The position numbers were made by a program, and so were the translations under genes. From assembly GCA_021816935.1 (NCBI GenBank), contig JAKAWR010000002.1, positions 3,039-67,038 of the forward strand: DNA of 64,000 nt. The letters are read 5' to 3'. Of the stretch, positions 19,911-28,805 are shown piece after piece. Each line of letters starts with the position of its first letter. The stretch's first letter is position 1. Origin of the DNA: Actinomycetes bacterium. Lineage in GTDB: Bacteria > Actinomycetota > Acidimicrobiia > Acidimicrobiales > JAMCPL01. A model generated the notes under the pieces. That model made no database searches. It saw nothing but the letters and a program-made list of their open reading frames with translations, and had not been told where the DNA came from.

Positions 19911-20168
19911 ATGAGTTCCGTTGGTGCCTATGACGCGAAGACCCACTTGCCCCGCCTTCTGAAGGAGGTGGAACGTGGCGAAACGATTACGATAACCAAG
20001 CACGGTCGCGAGGTCGCAAGACTCGTGCCTGTGGACAAGCGGTCGATCCCGACCGAAGAGGTCATCGAAGCGCTGCGCGCCGCGCGACAGGGCGTGCGAC
20101 GGGGACGCAGCTCCGTGCGACGGGGACGCAGCTCCGTGCGACGGATGACCGAGGAAGGCCGTCGCTGA
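19911..20168 (+). CDS. Phd/YefM-family type II antitoxin carrying an in-frame 21-bp tandem repeat
   Basis: MSSVGAYDAKTHLPRLLKEVERGETITITKHGREVARLVPV is a typical Phd/YefM N-terminal domain. Its stop overlaps the next ATG (ATGA-type junction at 20165-20170). Confidence 0.75.
   Translation: MSSVGAYDAKTHLPRLLKEVERGETITITKHGREVARLVPVDKRSIPTEEVIEALRAARQGVRRGRSSVRRGRSSVRRMTEEGRR
20094..20144. repeat. 21-bp perfect tandem repeat (2.4 copies) inside the antitoxin
   Basis: gtgcgacggggacgcagctcc occurs twice, followed by gtgcgacgg. It encodes VRRGRSS VRRGRSS VRR. Confidence 0.9.
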
Positions 20169-20365
20169 TGCCGGTGGTGATCGACGCGTCGGTAACTATG
20201 GCGAGGTGTTCTGGCGAGGTTGCCAGCCCGATGGGCCAGTGGAGCGACAATTCCGCCAGGCCATCGAGCAAAGTCAGAGCCGATTCAATCCGATCAAGTT
20301 CATCGGGCTCGTCAAACCATTCGTCCGGTTGGCAGACCGGCATGTTGATGGCTACCACCAGCTGA
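20168..20365 (+). pseudogene. probable 3'-truncated/degenerate PIN (VapC-like) toxin stub
   Basis: It starts MPVVIDASV (the PIN N-terminal acidic motif), coupled to the antitoxin. Only 65 aa fit before hisF, and the remainder is Ser-rich and not PIN-like. Confidence 0.35.
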
Positions 20366-20378
20366 AGATCGGAGAAAC

Positions 20379-21188
20379 TTAATGGTCGTGAAGAGATACG
20401 CCGGCCTGGGAAGCCGGCCGCACACCGACCCCTGCTGCCGCGAGGGCCTCTTTCACATCGGCGATGGCTATCTCCCTGCGATGGAACACGCCAGCGGCAA
20501 GCAACCCTTCCGCCCGCCCCGAGAGCGCTCCCTCCACGAAGTCCGCGACCCCGCCGACTCCGCCCGAGGCGATCACCGGCACGCTGACCGCATCGGTCAC
20601 CGCCCGCGTAAGGGCAATGTCGAACCCGCTCCCGGTGCCGTCGCGGTCCATTGAGGTCACCAGCAGCTCGCCAGCGCCCCGCTCGACAGCCTCCACCGCC
20701 CAGGCAAGCGCGTCCAGCCGAAGCGCCCTCCGGCCTCCGTGCGTGTAGACGGACCACCTGACTGCACCGCTCACCCGCTTTACATCGATTGCAACGACCA
20801 CGCACTGTGAACCCAGCTCACGTGCCATCTCCGTAATGAGCTCGGGGCGTTCCAGCGCGGCGGTGTTGACCGATACCTTGTCCGCCCCAGCGTACAGCAG
20901 CTTCTTAGCGTCGTCGACCGACCGGACACCACCTCCGACGGTCAGAGGGATAAAAAGCCGGTCGGCAGCCCGCTCCACAACCTCGACCATTGTCTCTCGC
21001 CCCTCATGGCTCGCCGTGATGTCCAGGAACACGACCTCGTCGGCACCCTCCGCATCGTAGCGGACCGCCAAGTCCACGGGATCTCCCGCGTCCACGAGGT
21101 CGAGAAAGCGAACACCCTTCTTCACCCTCCCCCCGTCGACATCCATGCAGGGGATGATCCTGACCGACTTCACGGATGGCCCTCGCAC
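20379..21188 (-). CDS. hisF: imidazole glycerol phosphate synthase, cyclase subunit
   Basis: [63 protein letters not shown].. Confidence 0.93.
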   Translation of the reverse strand: MRGPSVKSVRIIPCMDVDGGRVKKGVRFLDLVDAGDPVDLAVRYDAEGADEVVFLDITASHEGRETMVEVVERAADRLFIPLTVGGGVRSVDDAKKLLYAGADKVSVNTAALERPELITEMARELGSQCVVVAIDVKRVSGAVRWSVYTHGGRRALRLDALAWAVEAVERGAGELLVTSMDRDGTGSGFDIALTRAVTDAVSVPVIASGGVGGVADFVEGALSGRAEGLLAAGVFHRREIAIADVKEALAAAGVGVRPASQAGVSLHDH

Positions 21189-21240
21189 CGTGGTACATAG
21201 CCGCCCAACCCGCCTCCACGACGCCCAGACGCCGCGCCGG

Positions 21241-21975
21241 TCAACTGCAGACCTTCATAGCGTCCTCGAGGCTGAGGGCCCCGCTTGCGACGGCCTTGCC
21301 CGTTATCACGCCGGCGACGCGCCGCCCATCCACTTCGATGTCGCCGACCGCGACCAGATCGTCGACCGAAGCGATCCCGCCGGCTGCCGTGACGGGATGG
21401 TCCGTCAAGCCGACGATACGCTCCAGCCCGGCAAGATCGGGGCCCTCCATCGTCCCATCCCTGTCGATCGCCGTCACCACGATCCCGGCAAGCGGCAACG
21501 CGCTGCACCTTCCGAGAAGCTCACCCAGCGAAACCTGCGCCGTCTCCTCCCAACCCGATATACCGAGAGAGTCGGTCCCCGCCCGGTAGTCGATCCCGAC
21601 ACAGACGTGCCCGGGATGAGCGCGAGCCACGACCGCCAGCAGCTCCGGATCGGATACAGCAGCCGTGCCCATCACGACCCTCTCCACCCCGACGTCGAGG
21701 ATCCCGGCGACATCGTTCTGCGCCCGGATCCCGCCGCCGAACTGGACCGGCACACCCGCCGCCTGGACGATCTCCGTGACCACCTGCCGATTTACCGGCG
21801 ATCCGGAACGGGCAGCATCCAGATCGACCACATGCAGCCTTCTCGCTCCCCTCTCGACGTAGCTGCGGGCCAGTTCGACCGGGTCGCCGTAACTCTCCGG
21901 CCTGTCGAATCTGCCCTGGAAGAGCCTGACCGCAGCGCCTGCCCGGATGTCCACAGCCGGATACAGATCCATCAC
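21241..21975 (-). CDS. hisA: phosphoribosylformimino-AICAR-P isomerase (HisA/PriA)
   Basis: [38 protein letters not shown].. Start is either GTG 21975 or ATG 21972; the ATG overlaps the hisH stop (TGATG). Confidence 0.9.
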   Translation of the reverse strand: MMDLYPAVDIRAGAAVRLFQGRFDRPESYGDPVELARSYVERGARRLHVVDLDAARSGSPVNRQVVTEIVQAAGVPVQFGGGIRAQNDVAGILDVGVERVVMGTAAVSDPELLAVVARAHPGHVCVGIDYRAGTDSLGISGWEETAQVSLGELLGRCSALPLAGIVVTAIDRDGTMEGPDLAGLERIVGLTDHPVTAAGGIASVDDLVAVGDIEVDGRRVAGVITGKAVASGALSLEDAMKVCS

Positions 21976-22625
21976 AGCCCCTCCGATCTCATGACCCGGC
22001 CAGCTGCGACCTCACCACACCGCTCGACGAACCGGGTAAGAATAGAGAGGCCCACCGCTCCCGACTTCTCCGGATGGAACTGCGTGGCCCACACGTTGCC
22101 CACCTCCACGCCCGCCACTACCGGCCCGCCGTAGTCGCACGTAGCCACCACGCCCTGCATCACCGGATCGGGAACGGGCGCGTAGGAGTGGACGAAATAC
22201 ACCCACGAGTCCCCGTGAATCCCGGAGAGCATTGCCGCCTCTCGCCCACGGGTCCGGTCGAGCCGGTTCCACTGCATGTGCGGTAGCTTGACGGAACCGG
22301 ACAGCCGTCGCACCGTCCCTCCCAGGAGTCCGAGACCTTTCGCGGTATCATCCTCCTCCGACCGCCCGTAAAGCAAGTGGAACCCGATGCAGATCCCGAG
22401 AAACGGCTTGCCACTTTCGATCGCCTCGACCACGAACCTGGCGAAACCCCTGGAGCGCAACTCCCGGGCGCACATCCCGAATGCGCCCACGCCAGGCAGG
22501 ACCACCGCAGCGGCCTCCCCCAACTCTTCCGGGTCCGCAACCAGTCTCGCGTCCGCACCCACCCGGACAAGCGCCTTCTCGGCGGATCGGAGGTTCCCTA
22601 TGCCGTAGTCGACAACGGCGATCAC
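21972..22625 (-). CDS. hisH: imidazole glycerol phosphate synthase, glutamine amidotransferase subunit
   Basis: VIAVVDYGIGNLRSAEKAL..LPGVGAFG..PFLGICIGFHLL..VHSY.. The track ORF extends to 22697 and overlaps hisB. GTG at 22625 gives the canonical N-terminus. Confidence 0.9.
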   Translation of the reverse strand: MIAVVDYGIGNLRSAEKALVRVGADARLVADPEELGEAAAVVLPGVGAFGMCARELRSRGFARFVVEAIESGKPFLGICIGFHLLYGRSEEDDTAKGLGLLGGTVRRLSGSVKLPHMQWNRLDRTRGREAAMLSGIHGDSWVYFVHSYAPVPDPVMQGVVATCDYGGPVVAGVEVGNVWATQFHPEKSGAVGLSILTRFVERCGEVAAGRVMRSEGL

Positions 22626-22644
22626 GACCGCCGCTCGCCCCCGA

Positions 22645-23247
22645 TCAAAGGACGCCTTTGGTCGATGGCACTCCCCCACCAACCGGTCTGGTCGCAAGGC
22701 GAAGGCAAAGAGCCAGCCCCTTGAACGCCGCCTCTATTACGTGGTGCGGGTTAACCCAGTCGACCGCCCGGATGTGGACCGTGAACATCCCTGCTGTTGC
22801 GAACGCCCGGACGAACTCCTCGGCAAGCTGCGGCTGGAACGGGGGGTCTCCGAGCGGTGGCATGTCGAGTGGGAACGCGATCCGGAACGAGCTGTACGGC
22901 CTACCCGAGATATCCAGGGCGACTTCGACCAGCGCCTCGTCGAGCGGGACCTGCACGGAAGCGAAACGAGCTATCCCGGCCTTGTCGCCGAGCGCCCGGG
23001 CCAGCGCCTCCCCGAGGGCCAGGCCGGCGTCCTCGACGGTGTGGTGCGCATCGACATCGAGGTCGCCGGCCGCCTCTACTGCCAAGTCGAAGCAGGAGTG
23101 CCTCCCCAGCTGGGCAAGCATGTGATCGAAGAAGGGGATGCCGCTCGACGCCTCGACCTTGCCGGTGCCATCCAGGTCGATCTCGACCTTTACCTTCGTC
23201 TCCTTCGTCTCGCGCACGACGACTGCAGTTCTCGGGGCCGGATTCAT
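22645..23247 (-). CDS. hisB: imidazoleglycerol-phosphate dehydratase
   Basis: RETKETKVKVEIDLDGTG..GIPFFDHMLAQLGRH..DAHHTVEDAGLALGEAL..NPHHVIEAAFKGLA.. The ATG at 23247 overlaps the hisC stop by 1 nt (TGATG). The track ORF start at 23352 lies inside hisC. Confidence 0.9.
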   Translation of the reverse strand: MNPAPRTAVVVRETKETKVKVEIDLDGTGKVEASSGIPFFDHMLAQLGRHSCFDLAVEAAGDLDVDAHHTVEDAGLALGEALARALGDKAGIARFASVQVPLDEALVEVALDISGRPYSSFRIAFPLDMPPLGDPPFQPQLAEEFVRAFATAGMFTVHIRAVDWVNPHHVIEAAFKGLALCLRLATRPVGGGVPSTKGVL

Positions 23248-24593
23248 CAGTACCTCCCTGCCATTTCGCCACTCCCTGCCATTCCACCACCAATATTGTC
23301 GCCACCCGCGATCTGGCCGCCCGCGATGTCTCTTCCTGCGATCTCGCCGCACGTCGCCTCACCTCCGGACCCACCCGCCGGTAGATCCCGGGGGCGGGGA
23401 GTCGCGAAGCTGCGAGATGCTTCCGCCGTCGGTGCGAGCGCGGCGGACATGTCCGGCGCCGCCAGGACTTCCGCGAGAGCCTCCAGGAAACGGTCGTTCT
23501 CGCGCGGCAGCCCGATCGTCACCCTGAGGCAGCTCTCCGTACCAGGGGCGGCAGAGAAATCACGTACTGCGATTGACCTGCGCTCCAGTTCATGCACGAC
23601 CTCTCCTGCGCCGCCCTCGAGGCGGAAAAACAAGAAGTTTGCCCGTGAGGGCCAGACTCTGAGCGGCATCCCCTGCATTGCCCGGTAGACACGTTCCCGC
23701 TCCTCCACAACGGCCTGCACGCGGCCGGCGACTTCGCCTGCGTGACGCAGCACGACGACTCCGGCAGCCTGGACGAACCCGTCCATATGATACGGCAACG
23801 ACACCAGCTCGCAAGCGGCTACCACGTCGGGGGAGGCCACGAGATAGCCAAGCCGGAGCCCCGCCAGTGACCAAGCCTTGGAGAACGTCCTCACGATCGC
23901 CATGCGTTCGGTGCCCGCGATGTTGTCCGACGAGCGACCGAACTCGGCCGCCCATCGGCTGACAGAGTCCCTGCCGCTGAACTCGTCATACGCGGCGTCG
24001 AGCACCACAAGCCCTGATGTGGCTTCGAGGGCGGAGTGGATCACCCCGTCGTCCTCGACAATCCCCGTCGGGTTGTTGGGCGAGCAGATGAAGAGTACCT
24101 CGGGGTCGTGCCTCTGGCAGAGCTCGCTCATTACGGCCGGATCGATCCCGAACGACTCGTTCCTTTCGCCCACGACCACCGCGGTACCGGTGATCACGGC
24201 AATGCGGCTGTGCATCTGGTAGGTCGGCTCGAAAAGCATCGCCTTGCGAGTTGGCCCGCCGAAGGCCAGGAGGAGCGACTGCAGAACCTCGTTGGACCCC
24301 CTGGCTACGAAGACGTTCTCCGGCTGCACCTGGAGATGCGACGCCAGGGCCTCCTTCAGCGCGCGGGAGGCGATATCGGGGTACCGGTTGATCTGGAGTG
24401 CCCGTAGCTCCGCTACGAGCTCTTCCCGCCAGGCGTCGGGAATGGGGAAGGGGAGCTCATTCGCATTCAACCTCGCCTCGAGGGGCGGCCTGGGCGAAAG
24501 GTAACCCTTGAAGGTCGCCAGATCCTCCCTCGGCTTCACTCCAGAGACGCCAGACTCCGGAGAGCCGGCCAGTTGGCGGGGGTTGCCCGCCAT
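23247..24593 (-). CDS. hisC: histidinol-phosphate aminotransferase with an ~80-aa Gly/Ala/Ile-rich C-terminal tail
   Basis: Class-II aminotransferase core (..NANELPFP.. ..YPD.. ..SPNNPTG.. ..RTFSKAWSLAGLRLGY..), then the tail ..GEIAGRDIAGGQIAGGDNIGGGMAGSGEMAGRY. Confidence 0.9.
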   Translation of the reverse strand: MAGNPRQLAGSPESGVSGVKPREDLATFKGYLSPRPPLEARLNANELPFPIPDAWREELVAELRALQINRYPDIASRALKEALASHLQVQPENVFVARGSNEVLQSLLLAFGGPTRKAMLFEPTYQMHSRIAVITGTAVVVGERNESFGIDPAVMSELCQRHDPEVLFICSPNNPTGIVEDDGVIHSALEATSGLVVLDAAYDEFSGRDSVSRWAAEFGRSSDNIAGTERMAIVRTFSKAWSLAGLRLGYLVASPDVVAACELVSLPYHMDGFVQAAGVVVLRHAGEVAGRVQAVVEERERVYRAMQGMPLRVWPSRANFLFFRLEGGAGEVVHELERRSIAVRDFSAAPGTESCLRVTIGLPRENDRFLEALAEVLAAPDMSAALAPTAEASRSFATPRPRDLPAGGSGGEATCGEIAGRDIAGGQIAGGDNIGGGMAGSGEMAGRY

Positions 24594-26027
24594 CTACGTA
24601 GGACTCCCCGCTCGGTCGGAGGCAAAGTGCTTTGCATCGGGGCCAGAGCTCACCGCCGGCCCTGCCTTCTCCTTCGCCTCCACGGGCAGGCGTGCCAGGA
24701 GGGCGCCGGCGTGGCCGGGGAGCCCCTCAGCCGATGCGATAACGGCTGCAGCCAGCGAAGCCTCGACTCCGCCGCCGGGTTCCACGGACACGACATGCAC
24801 CGTCTTGACAAAATCCCTCGCCGAGAGGGCCGAAGCAAAGCGCGCGGTACGCGCTGTCGGCAGCACGTGATTGGGCCCGGCCGTGTAATCGCCGAGGGCC
24901 GCCGGTGCCCGCTCGCCCACGAATACGGCTCCGGCCGATCGGACCAGCGGCACCATCTCCTCCGCCCCGGCGCACATGATCTCGAGGTGTTCGGGGGCGA
25001 TGAAGTTGGCCACCTCCATCGCCTCGTCCACGCCGGCGACGAGAACCGCATACCCGTTCGCGCCAAGCGTTGCCTCCAGATCGGACCTGCGGGGAGACTT
25101 CGCGACGAGCCGGGAAAGCTCCGTAGAGACTTCTTCCAAGGTCTCTGCCGACCAGGTGACCAGCCACGCCAGACCCTCCGGACCGTGCTCTGCCTGCACC
25201 AGGAGGTCCATGGCCACCAGCATTGGACTCGCATCCTCGCCGGCAATGACAACCACCTCCGAGGGCCCGGCATACGCTCCCGGGGTCCCGACCAGGTGCG
25301 ACACCTGGCGCTGGGCCTCCGCTACGTACTGGTTCCCCGGACCGGCCACGACGTCAACCGCCTTGACCGTCTCGGTCCCATACGCCATGGCCGCGACCGC
25401 CTGCGCTCCACCGATCGCATAGACCTCGCTGACCCCGCCGATCCTGGCTGCAGCAAGTGTCGCCGGCGAAGGACGGCCGTCAGGTCCGGGCGGGCTGCAC
25501 AGCGCGATCTCGCTCACGCCCGCCGCTCTTGCCGCGGCCGTGCACATGAGCACGCTGGAGGGATACCTGGCACGACCGCCCGGAGCGTAGATCCCCGCAC
25601 GGTCGACGGGAACAACGAACCGTTCGACCGTGATGCCGCCGCTAACCCATGCGGGGGCGCCACCCTGTGCGGGGCCACCCTTGTGGACGCCCGTTTGTCC
25701 GGGTATGCCGTCCAGGGCAGCTTCGTACCGGTGGTAGGCCAGAAGGCGGTCAAATGCCTCCTCCAGAGCCCGGAAGAGCTCCGGTAAGACTGCCGATGCC
25801 GAGGCATCGATCTCCGCGTCCGCCAAGCGCACGGACCCGATGGCGACACCATCCAGATCTCTGGTGAGTGCGATAACCGCCGCGTCACCCTCCGTCCGCA
25901 CGCGTTCGAGGATCGCCCCTACAGCCTCGCTTGACTCGGGCCGCGCCTTGCCCGCCACCGGTAGCGCGCTCTCCAGATCGAAACCGGAAAGCGACGAAAG
26001 ATCGAGCCTGGTGAGCAGCGTACCCAC
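24594..26027 (-). CDS. hisD: histidinol dehydrogenase
   Basis: ..ERVRTEGDAAVIALTRDLDGV.., ..IYAPGGRARYPSSVLM.., ..GPGNQYVAEAQRQV.. and ..QAEHGPE.. Its stop is directly adjacent to the hisC start. Confidence 0.93.
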   Translation of the reverse strand: MGTLLTRLDLSSLSGFDLESALPVAGKARPESSEAVGAILERVRTEGDAAVIALTRDLDGVAIGSVRLADAEIDASASAVLPELFRALEEAFDRLLAYHRYEAALDGIPGQTGVHKGGPAQGGAPAWVSGGITVERFVVPVDRAGIYAPGGRARYPSSVLMCTAAARAAGVSEIALCSPPGPDGRPSPATLAAARIGGVSEVYAIGGAQAVAAMAYGTETVKAVDVVAGPGNQYVAEAQRQVSHLVGTPGAYAGPSEVVVIAGEDASPMLVAMDLLVQAEHGPEGLAWLVTWSAETLEEVSTELSRLVAKSPRRSDLEATLGANGYAVLVAGVDEAMEVANFIAPEHLEIMCAGAEEMVPLVRSAGAVFVGERAPAALGDYTAGPNHVLPTARTARFASALSARDFVKTVHVVSVEPGGGVEASLAAAVIASAEGLPGHAGALLARLPVEAKEKAGPAVSSGPDAKHFASDRAGSPT

Positions 26028-26107
26028 TATCAGATGTTAACAAACCGGCTGCCTCAGCGGCACCTTGCCGTTGCACAACCCACCCCCGACACCCATAAAC
26101 TGGCACC

Positions 26108-27787
26108 ATGCAGCAATCCCTGCACCAGGGTTGGGAGGGCGCGATAGCAGGCAACGGCGGCGAGTTGGCCATGCGAGCGCTGAGGCCGTGGGGTGTAAAC
26201 GAAATCTTCACCCTTTCGGGCGGTCACATCTTCCCGATCCTGGATGCCTGCCATTCCTCCGGCATCCGCATCGTGGACACCCGCCACGAGCAGACTGCAG
26301 CGTTCGCAGCCGAGGCCATGGCGAAACTGGAGAGGCGCCCGGGCGTAGCGGTTCTGACGGCGGGCCCGGGCGTCACGAACGGGATCAGCGCCATCACGAC
26401 AGCCCATTTCAACGGCTCGCCGCTGGTCGTTCTCGGCGGGAGGGCGCCCGAGAACAAGTGGGGATCCGGCTCGCTCCAAGAGCTCGACCACCTGCCGATC
26501 GTCGATTCGGTCACCAAGTATGCCGTCACGGCCTTCTCGGTAGCGGACGGCGCAAGGCTGGTGGCGCAGGCGGCGGTCTCGGCAGCAACCCCTCACCGGG
26601 GCCCCGTCTTCGTCGATTTGCCCATCGAGACTGCGTTCGGGCTGGGCAGCTCGGAGGATCCCTACCTTGGATACCCAGATCTCGTACCGGCTGAGACCGG
26701 CAGGTTCGGCATCGTGAAAGGGGAGGATCCTGACACTGACCGGCTCGATCGCGCGGTGACGCTGCTTAGCCAATCCGAGCGGCCGGCGCTGGTGGCCGGC
26801 GGGGATGTGTGGCTATCTGGTGCGGAAGAAGACCTGGTTAACCTCGTGGAGACCGTAAACGCGCCGGTCTTCATGAACGGCCAGGGCCGCGGCTGCGTTC
26901 CCGCCGATCACCCCCTCGCCTTTTGCCGGGTGCGGGGGGCACTGAAGGAAGCCGACGTCGTCGCGGTTATCGGCACGCCCCTCGACTTCAGGCTGTCCTT
27001 CGGCAAGTTCGGCGAGGCAGCCGTGATACACATCGTGGACTCTGCGGACCGGATCTCGCAGAAAGCCTCCCCCGAGGTGACGGTGGCGGGTGACATCGGG
27101 AAGTCCCTTCGGTATATCGCAGAGCGAGCTGCCCACTCGGGTGACCGGCGCGCTCGGAGCGGCTGGATAGAGCCCCTGAGAGCCCGCGAGAACGCCGAGA
27201 AGGGCGCCCAGGGTCCCGTGAGCAGCACGATCCACCCCGTGCAGGTATACAGGGAAGCGGCAAGGCGCCTCGATCGGGATGCTGTAGTTATCGGCGACGG
27301 TGGGGATTTCGTATCGTTCGCCGGGAAGCTGGTCGAATCGTACCAGCCCGGCTGCTGGCTCGATCCGGGCCCATATGGCTGCCTCGGTACGGGGATAGGC
27401 TACGCCGTAGCGGCAAGGCTGGCCCGGCCCGACCGCCAAGTAGTTGCCTTCATCGGGGATGGAGCTTTCGGCTTCACCGGAATGGATGTGGATACCCTCG
27501 TCCGCCACAGGCTCGACGCCGTCCTCATCATCGGCAACAACGGGATGTGGGGCCTCGAGAAACACCCCATGAGGGCCCTGTACGGCTACGACGTTGCCGC
27601 TGACCTCCAGCCAGGATGCCGCTACGACAATGTGGTCAAGGCTCTCGGCGGCGCTGGCGAGACAGTCGAGGATCCGGAGGATCTCGGACCGGCTCTCGAT
27701 CGCGCCCTATCCGCCGGCGCTCCATATCTTCTGAACGTGCTACTGGATCCCGAAGCCGTCTACCCGCGCAGTTCCAGCCTGCTCTGA
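26108..27787 (+). CDS. thiamine-pyrophosphate-dependent enzyme (acetolactate synthase / oxalyl-CoA decarboxylase-like family)
   Basis: NGGELAMRALRPWGVNEIFTLSGGHIFPILDA..RHEQTAAFAAEAMAKL..GPGVTNGISAITTAHFNGSPLVVLGG.. and the C-terminal ..IGDGAFGFTGMDVDTLVRH..IIGNNGMWG TPP-binding motif. Confidence 0.85.
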   Translation: MQQSLHQGWEGAIAGNGGELAMRALRPWGVNEIFTLSGGHIFPILDACHSSGIRIVDTRHEQTAAFAAEAMAKLERRPGVAVLTAGPGVTNGISAITTAHFNGSPLVVLGGRAPENKWGSGSLQELDHLPIVDSVTKYAVTAFSVADGARLVAQAAVSAATPHRGPVFVDLPIETAFGLGSSEDPYLGYPDLVPAETGRFGIVKGEDPDTDRLDRAVTLLSQSERPALVAGGDVWLSGAEEDLVNLVETVNAPVFMNGQGRGCVPADHPLAFCRVRGALKEADVVAVIGTPLDFRLSFGKFGEAAVIHIVDSADRISQKASPEVTVAGDIGKSLRYIAERAAHSGDRRARSGWIEPLRARENAEKGAQGPVSSTIHPVQVYREAARRLDRDAVVIGDGGDFVSFAGKLVESYQPGCWLDPGPYGCLGTGIGYAVAARLARPDRQVVAFIGDGAFGFTGMDVDTLVRHRLDAVLIIGNNGMWGLEKHPMRALYGYDVAADLQPGCRYDNVVKALGGAGETVEDPEDLGPALDRALSAGAPYLLNVLLDPEAVYPRSSSLL

Positions 27788-27792
27788 CCCGG

Positions 27793-27899
27793 ACACGGCG
27801 AGCGCAGCCCCGGACCCGGATGCGACTGCCCAGCAAAATGAGGCCATAGAGCGATGCAGCGTCGAACACGGCGAGCGCAGCCCCGGACCCGGATGCGAC
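27793..27899. repeat. 34-bp perfect direct repeat, two copies 73 bp apart, just after the TPP-enzyme stop
   Basis: acacggcgagcgcagccccggacccggatgcgac occurs at 27793-27826 and 27866-27899. Confidence 0.9.
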
Positions 27900-27908
27900 C
27901 CTCGCCTT

Positions 27909-28048
27909 GAAGCCTCAGCGGGCAGGGAGGTTGCGTCAGACGGCCTGCCGTACCATCCGAAAGAAAGAAATGGCGGACCACGACCGGTCGCCGCGGAAGG
28001 AGTGGCGAAGCGCTACTTTGCCCGAGATCCCTATCCGCTGAGGCTCTA
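27909..28048. repeat. hairpin-type dispersed repeat, copy 1 (imperfect ~20-bp inverted arms around ~100 nt)
   Basis: Left arm gaagcctcagcgggcaggga (27909-27928) pairs with right arm tccctatccgctgaggctct (28028-28047). The 29 bp at 28020-28048 are identical to 58226-58254. Confidence 0.7.
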
Positions 28049-28062
28049 TAGGCTCCAGACGC

Positions 28063-28093
28063 GCAACAGTGCCCCTAACCAGGGCACTGTTGC
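28063..28093. other. perfect 12-bp stem / 7-nt loop hairpin
   Basis: gcaacagtgccc-ctaacca-gggcactgttgc. It shares the gcgcaacagt stem start with the hairpin at 62951-62975. Confidence 0.6.
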
Positions 28094-28805
28094 ACAAGCG
28101 AGGCAGGCGGCGGAGTCCCGCCCCGCTCAGTTGGAACCAGGTGGCGGGAACCGGTTCCGAGTGCTAACCATATCACACGATCACCACTGTTGCAAGCCTG
28201 AACGAGACCGAAAGACAAGAATTTTCCAACGACCCATACAGGTGTTATATTTCGGTGACGCTGTGGCAGTTAGCCAAGCATCAGTTATAGTTGCGCCCGA
28301 GTAATGCAAGTACACCGCGCATCGTCAAGCCCTCCGTGGGTTCTAACGCGTCTCCTGACAACCGTCGCGAGGTTTCGGATTGTTCGCTACTTGTGAAGAG
28401 GCTCTTAGCTGCACTGATGCTATTGTCAGTGTATTGTATAATTTTCGGCCCTTGGATGGAGAGAGCTTGTGGCAGTCCCTCGATCAATAGGGGCTCTTCT
28501 CGAGAGTTCGTAGTCGACCCTCGCAGTTGTGGGGTCAGACGGGTCGGAAAAGCAGGTGAAGCTGCCGACAGGGGATCCCCCGGAACTCCAGGATCTGCGC
28601 CGTTGGCCCAAGTTATCCACCTGCTTCAGGACAACGACCTCCCGCCGGGGGCGTAGCAACGAACCTGCGCCGGCCGTTGCGCTTCACCTCGCCGCCAGCC
28701 GCCCGAGCCTGCGGGCGATCAGGCAGAGTCGCCGAAAACCACGTCGTCGTGCTCGCGCCAACTACCCGGAACACACAGGATCTCCCCGCCGCATCCTGAG
28801 CAGCC

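Noticed and set aside
20062-20805. 247-aa minus-strand ORF spanning the toxin stub and the hisF 3' region
   Set aside because: It is out of frame with hisF over most of its length, Arg/Gly-rich, and has no family signature. hisF explains 20379-21188.
28281-28659. Small ORFs in the lower-GC spacer (28281..28487-, 28291..28656+, 28426..28659-)
   Set aside because: They mutually overlap, have no recognisable motifs, no convincing ribosome-binding sites and atypical composition. Support is insufficient to call any of them.
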